A stretch of 63,055 nucleotides of DNA, filler included, from Thraustochytrium aureum (lineage: Eukaryota), in the NCBI GenBank assembly GCA_012862495.1. It is 7 parts of 5 records of this genome, joined end to end, with 100 filler letters (N's around TTAATTAATTAA, not from the genome) between each part and the next. Parts side by side here need not be neighbours in the genome. Positions count along the whole stretch, not along the records: positions 50,903 to 63,055 come from BLSG01000122.1; 6 more parts are not named here. One strand, 5' to 3'. Shown piece by piece: positions 59,795-63,055 of this stretch (positions are counted from its first letter, which is position 1; each line of letters starts with the position of its first letter). The notes under the pieces were generated by a model. It had not been told where the DNA came from. It worked only from the letters and a program-made list of their open reading frames with translations, and searched no databases. Both the position numbers and the translations under genes were made by a program.

Positions 59795-60290
59795 TCATTC
59801 GGCGTGCTGGTCGGCACCTTGGCGGAGCTGGAGCTGAGCCGCGCGCCGAGACCGCTGTCCCAACACCCTTAGCACAAGCATGAACCCTAGCGCCCCAGCG
59901 CCGAGCACGAGCCCAGTCAAGGCCGGGTACTCCTCCCTGGCTAGGCTGACGGTGGCGTCCAGGGCCTCGACCAAGTAAGCCGGCCACATCGAAACCCAAA
60001 GCCATGCCCCTAACGAACCAGTCACAGCCCCAGCCGCAACCTGGTCCCACGAGTGCACGCCGCTGACGCACCGCCAAGCGCTGCCAACAAGGGCCGCGGC
60101 CGTCGCCGCCCAGCGAACCACGTCGACGCGAGCCTCGCCCGACTCCAGCGCCAGCCAAAGGTACGCGGCCAAGTAGAACAGGACGTGGGCGTGCGAGGAC
60201 GGAAACCCAGGGTCGACCTTGCCAGCCTCGAGCGCCTGCCGCGGCCGCGGCTGGTTGACCGCCAACTTGAGCACCTTGACCATGGCGCTG
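59795..60290 (-). CDS. PAP2-family lipid phosphate phosphatase (dolichyl-PP phosphatase-like), 5' end in gap
   Basis: KLAVNQPRP (C1), GFPSSHA (C2), RCVSGVHSWDQVAAG (C3). Confidence 0.88.
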
Positions 60291-60917
60291 NNNNNNNNNN
60301 NNNNNNNNNNNNNNNNNNNNNNNNNNNNNNNNNNNNNNNNNNNNNNNNNNNNNNNNNNNNNNNNNNNNNNNNNNNNNNNNNNNNNNNNNNNNNNNNNNNN
60401 NNNNNNNNNNNNNNNNNNNNNNNNNNNNNNNNNNNNNNNNNNNNNNNNNNNNNNNNNNNNNNNNNNNNNNNNNNNNNNNNNNNNNNNNNNNNNNNNNNNN
60501 NNNNNNNNNNNNNNNNNNNNNNNNNNNNNNNNNNNNNNNNNNNNNNNNNNNNNNNNNNNNNNNNNNNNNNNNNNNNNNNNNNNNNNNNNNNNNNNNNNNN
60601 NNNNNNNNNNNNNNNNNNNNNNNNNNNNNNNNNNNNNNNNNNNNNNNNNNNNNNNNNNNNNNNNNNNNNNNNNNNNNNNNNNNNNNNNNNNNNNNNNNNN
60701 NNNNNNNNNNNNNNNNNNNNNNNNNNNNNNNNNNNNNNNNNNNNNNNNNNNNNNNNNNNNNNNNNNNNNNNNNNNNNNNNNNNNNNNNNNNNNNNNNNNN
60801 NNNNNNNNNNNNNNNNNNNNNNNNNNNNNNNNNNNNNNNNNNNNNNNNNNNNNNNNNNNNNNNNNNNNNNNNNNNNNNNNNNNNNNNNNNNNNNNNNNNN
60901 NNNNNNNNNNNNNNNNN

Positions 60918-61686
60918 CGAGACGCTTCACATGTGTTGCCACGGGTGTGGGACGCACACGGAAGGCGTGGGGCACGTGGTCAGGCAACGCGTCCCGGTGA
61001 CGAGCGCCGAGATTCCGCTCTTGCTCCCCGGCTTGCTAGTTTCGGTTCGCCCGGAGGCGGTCGCAGATCGGCCTGGCGACGAGGTGATCACGCGGGCCGA
61101 GCTCGAGCGCGCCGTGCAGGCCACCGGGCTGGGTCCTCCAAGCCTTCGCTGTCCCGCGCGACGCGGCGTGCTCCTCGTGCGCGCCCTCGGCTCGTACGCG
61201 CGCCGGGCGCACCAGGAGCGCGACTTTTCCGGCACAAACCCGCCATACTTTACCGAGGAGGCGATGCGGTACGTGGTTGACGAGCTTTGTGCCTGCCACA
61301 TCGTGGTCGACTTGCCTTCAGTGGACCGCGAGGAGAGCGGTGCGCTTGTCCCGTGTCACAGCGTCTTCTTTGGGCTCGATCCCAGTTGCCGCGACTATTT
61401 TGCAGCTGCGCGACCAGACTCGACGATCACAGAGTTTGCAGACCTGCACAGCGATGCGCGCGACGGAGCTTACCTTGTCGCCCTCAACGTGTCCCCGATT
61501 GAGATGGACGCCGCGCCCTCTTCTCCGATGCTGTTTCCGGCGCGTTTTATCGGGACAAGGTGGCGCTTGGCGCCCGCGGTGGCGATTGGGGCGGCTGCGC
61601 TTGCAAGTTTTGCACTGCTGGCCGTTGCGCGCCATGCTCAACCGGGGCCTGGCAGCAGCTCATCAGGGGATCCCGCAATGATTTAG
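60918..61686 (+). CDS. Putative cyclase / kynurenine formamidase (KynB-like) metal hydrolase with C-terminal hydrophobic anchor, 5' end in gap
   Basis: HGCGTHTEGVGH, FSGTNPPY, VVDLPSVDRE, TITEF, DGAYL, DAAPSSPML. Confidence 0.82.
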
Positions 61687-62119
61687 ACAGCTTCAGACTA
61701 AGCAATGCGAAAGGGGGCCGCCTGGGCTTGGCAGTTCCAAAGGGGGCTTCGTGACAAGGCAGAGTATAGCTCATGGCCCAGCCCGTTCGTTCAGTGTTCA
61801 GTGAGCGCTCGCCGAAGGCGTCTGGAGCTATCGACGCAGAACGTAACTGCTTGCTTGTCAACGGCTGGACGGCAGTACGAGGACATGTCCACCCTGTCGT
61901 CTTCAGATCTGCAAGTCTACAAAAAGATAGTTCTCTACCCTGGTAGAGTAGGTACCTACTTACGGGCTACTCTACTCAGAACTGCAAGTCTACAAGCATT
62001 GTCTACAATCGCCCGAACGTTCACCCGTAAGTAGCCACGGAAACCCAAAGTACTCTGGTTCTGGAGGCCTGCCTGGTGCGACAACACGAGTCGGGTGTGC
62101 CTACACTTCGCGTTCCCCG

Positions 62120-63055
62120 CTAGGCCCGAAGGCCCGACCGGCGCTGGAACTCGAGCTCCGCCGCAAGCTCGCGCTGCCACATCTCCTCCTCCGCCATTTT
62201 CATCTTCCGCACCGAGTTCTTCTGGCGTTGCTCCTTCTCACGGATCTTTTGCGCCTCTACGGTGTTGATAATCGTGTTTTCCCGCACGGTCCACTCATTG
62301 TCGTCGTCCTGCTTGCTCTCCGTCTCGTGGGCGCCAAAAAAGCGGTGGCGGCGCTTCTCGGTCTCCAGCGCCTTGCGCTGCAAGTAAGACGTAACTTCAA
62401 GCTCATCCACGATGGGCATGGCCGGGTCCACAGAGGCCCTTCCATCGTCATCAGCGTCGTCGATGGGGTCGACGGCCTCAAAGGCCTTTGGTACGGCTTG
62501 AGACGTAAAGGCCAGGTCGTTCAAGAACCGGGCCGTGGCTTGGTCGGGCGCAACGCGGCTGCACGGGCTCGGTTTGCTCGTGATGCGCCACGCTTGCCCT
62601 GATATTGGCACCTCGACCGCTCGGCTCGACCGAGGCGTGTTATTCTGGCGCGCGCTGTGCCGCTGCTCGATCGCATGGCCTTCGCTCACTTCCTCCTCGA
62701 GGTTGTTGGCAGACCTGGCATGCCGCAACGTCGATGCTGCTGGGGCATTTGAATATGGCGACATCGGGTCGGTGCGGCGCGCCTTTGGTGTCTTGCTCAC
62801 TGGCGCCTCTCGGTGCGGAGCCACTGGAGAGCTACTGCCGAGACGAATCTTGGACGCCCTGCCCAGAGCACGGGTGCTGCGTACTCTATCTGCGCGCTGG
62901 CCTCCACTCTCGCGGTCCCTCTCATTCTGTTGCTGAGCATTCTGCGCGCGGAGAGCGGGCGTCTCGATGGCCGGCACCGCGGGCTTGCTTGGCTGGGTCT
63001 GCGCGCTCTGGGCTGGAGCCGCCTTCCTCTTCGCGGTTCGAGCGCCCCGGATTCG
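62120..63055 (-). CDS. Hypothetical protein, 3' part (continues beyond window)
   Basis: Long open frame with a charged helical C-terminus (KIREKEQRQK..EEEMWQRELAAELE); no family recognised. Confidence 0.55.
   Translation of the reverse strand, partial: RIRGARTAKRKAAPAQSAQTQPSKPAVPAIETPALRAQNAQQQNERDRESGGQRADRVRSTRALGRASKIRLGSSSPVAPHREAPVSKTPKARRTDPMSPYSNAPAASTLRHARSANNLEEEVSEGHAIEQRHSARQNNTPRSSRAVEVPISGQAWRITSKPSPCSRVAPDQATARFLNDLAFTSQAVPKAFEAVDPIDDADDDGRASVDPAMPIVDELEVTSYLQRKALETEKRRHRFFGAHETESKQDDDNEWTVRENTIINTVEAQKIREKEQRQKNSVRKMKMAEEEMWQRELAAELEFQRRSGLRA

Noticed and set aside
583..61000. Long ORFs spanning N runs and antisense shadow ORFs in the track
   Set aside because: Artefacts of gaps and of high GC opposite real genes
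50903..61686. Lipid-metabolism gene cluster (CRLS1, hydrolase, SDR, PAP2, cyclase)
   Set aside because: The genes are interspersed with Cdc37 and the Cys-repeat gene, orientations are mixed, and no shared pathway is evident

Overview
GC-rich, intron-poor eukaryotic draft genome. A flagellated protist is likely, possibly a stramenopile such as a thraustochytrid, but this is inference only. The window is not one locus: six N-padded TTAATTAATTAA linkers join seven scaffolds (1-20593, 20694-25074, 25174-36663, 36764-41180, 41281-44663, 44764-50802, 50903-63055), and there are many internal N gaps. Recognisable genes are Mps1/TTK kinase, a GT61-like glycosyltransferase, a cullin-1-like protein, TXNDC17, a Pumilio protein, type II pantothenate kinase, an EGF-7TM protein, ATG18, ICMT, JMJD7, a tandem-FHA protein, MYCBPAP, MscS, the FTHFS C-terminus, a class C GPCR, cardiolipin synthase, an alpha/beta hydrolase, Cdc37, an EsV-1-7 repeat protein, an SDR, a PAP2 phosphatase and a KynB-like cyclase. 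About nine genes carry single-base frameshifts at homopolymers, most likely sequencing error. I found no operon-like system, RNA gene, CRISPR array or transposon. The best leads are unusual domain architectures: MYCBPAP fused to a degenerate phosphoglycerate-kinase fold, PanK with an inserted putative transmembrane hairpin, Cdc37 with an extra N-terminal domain, and a strictly alternating EsV-1-7 zinc-finger array. All family assignments come from motif recognition by eye, not database searches.
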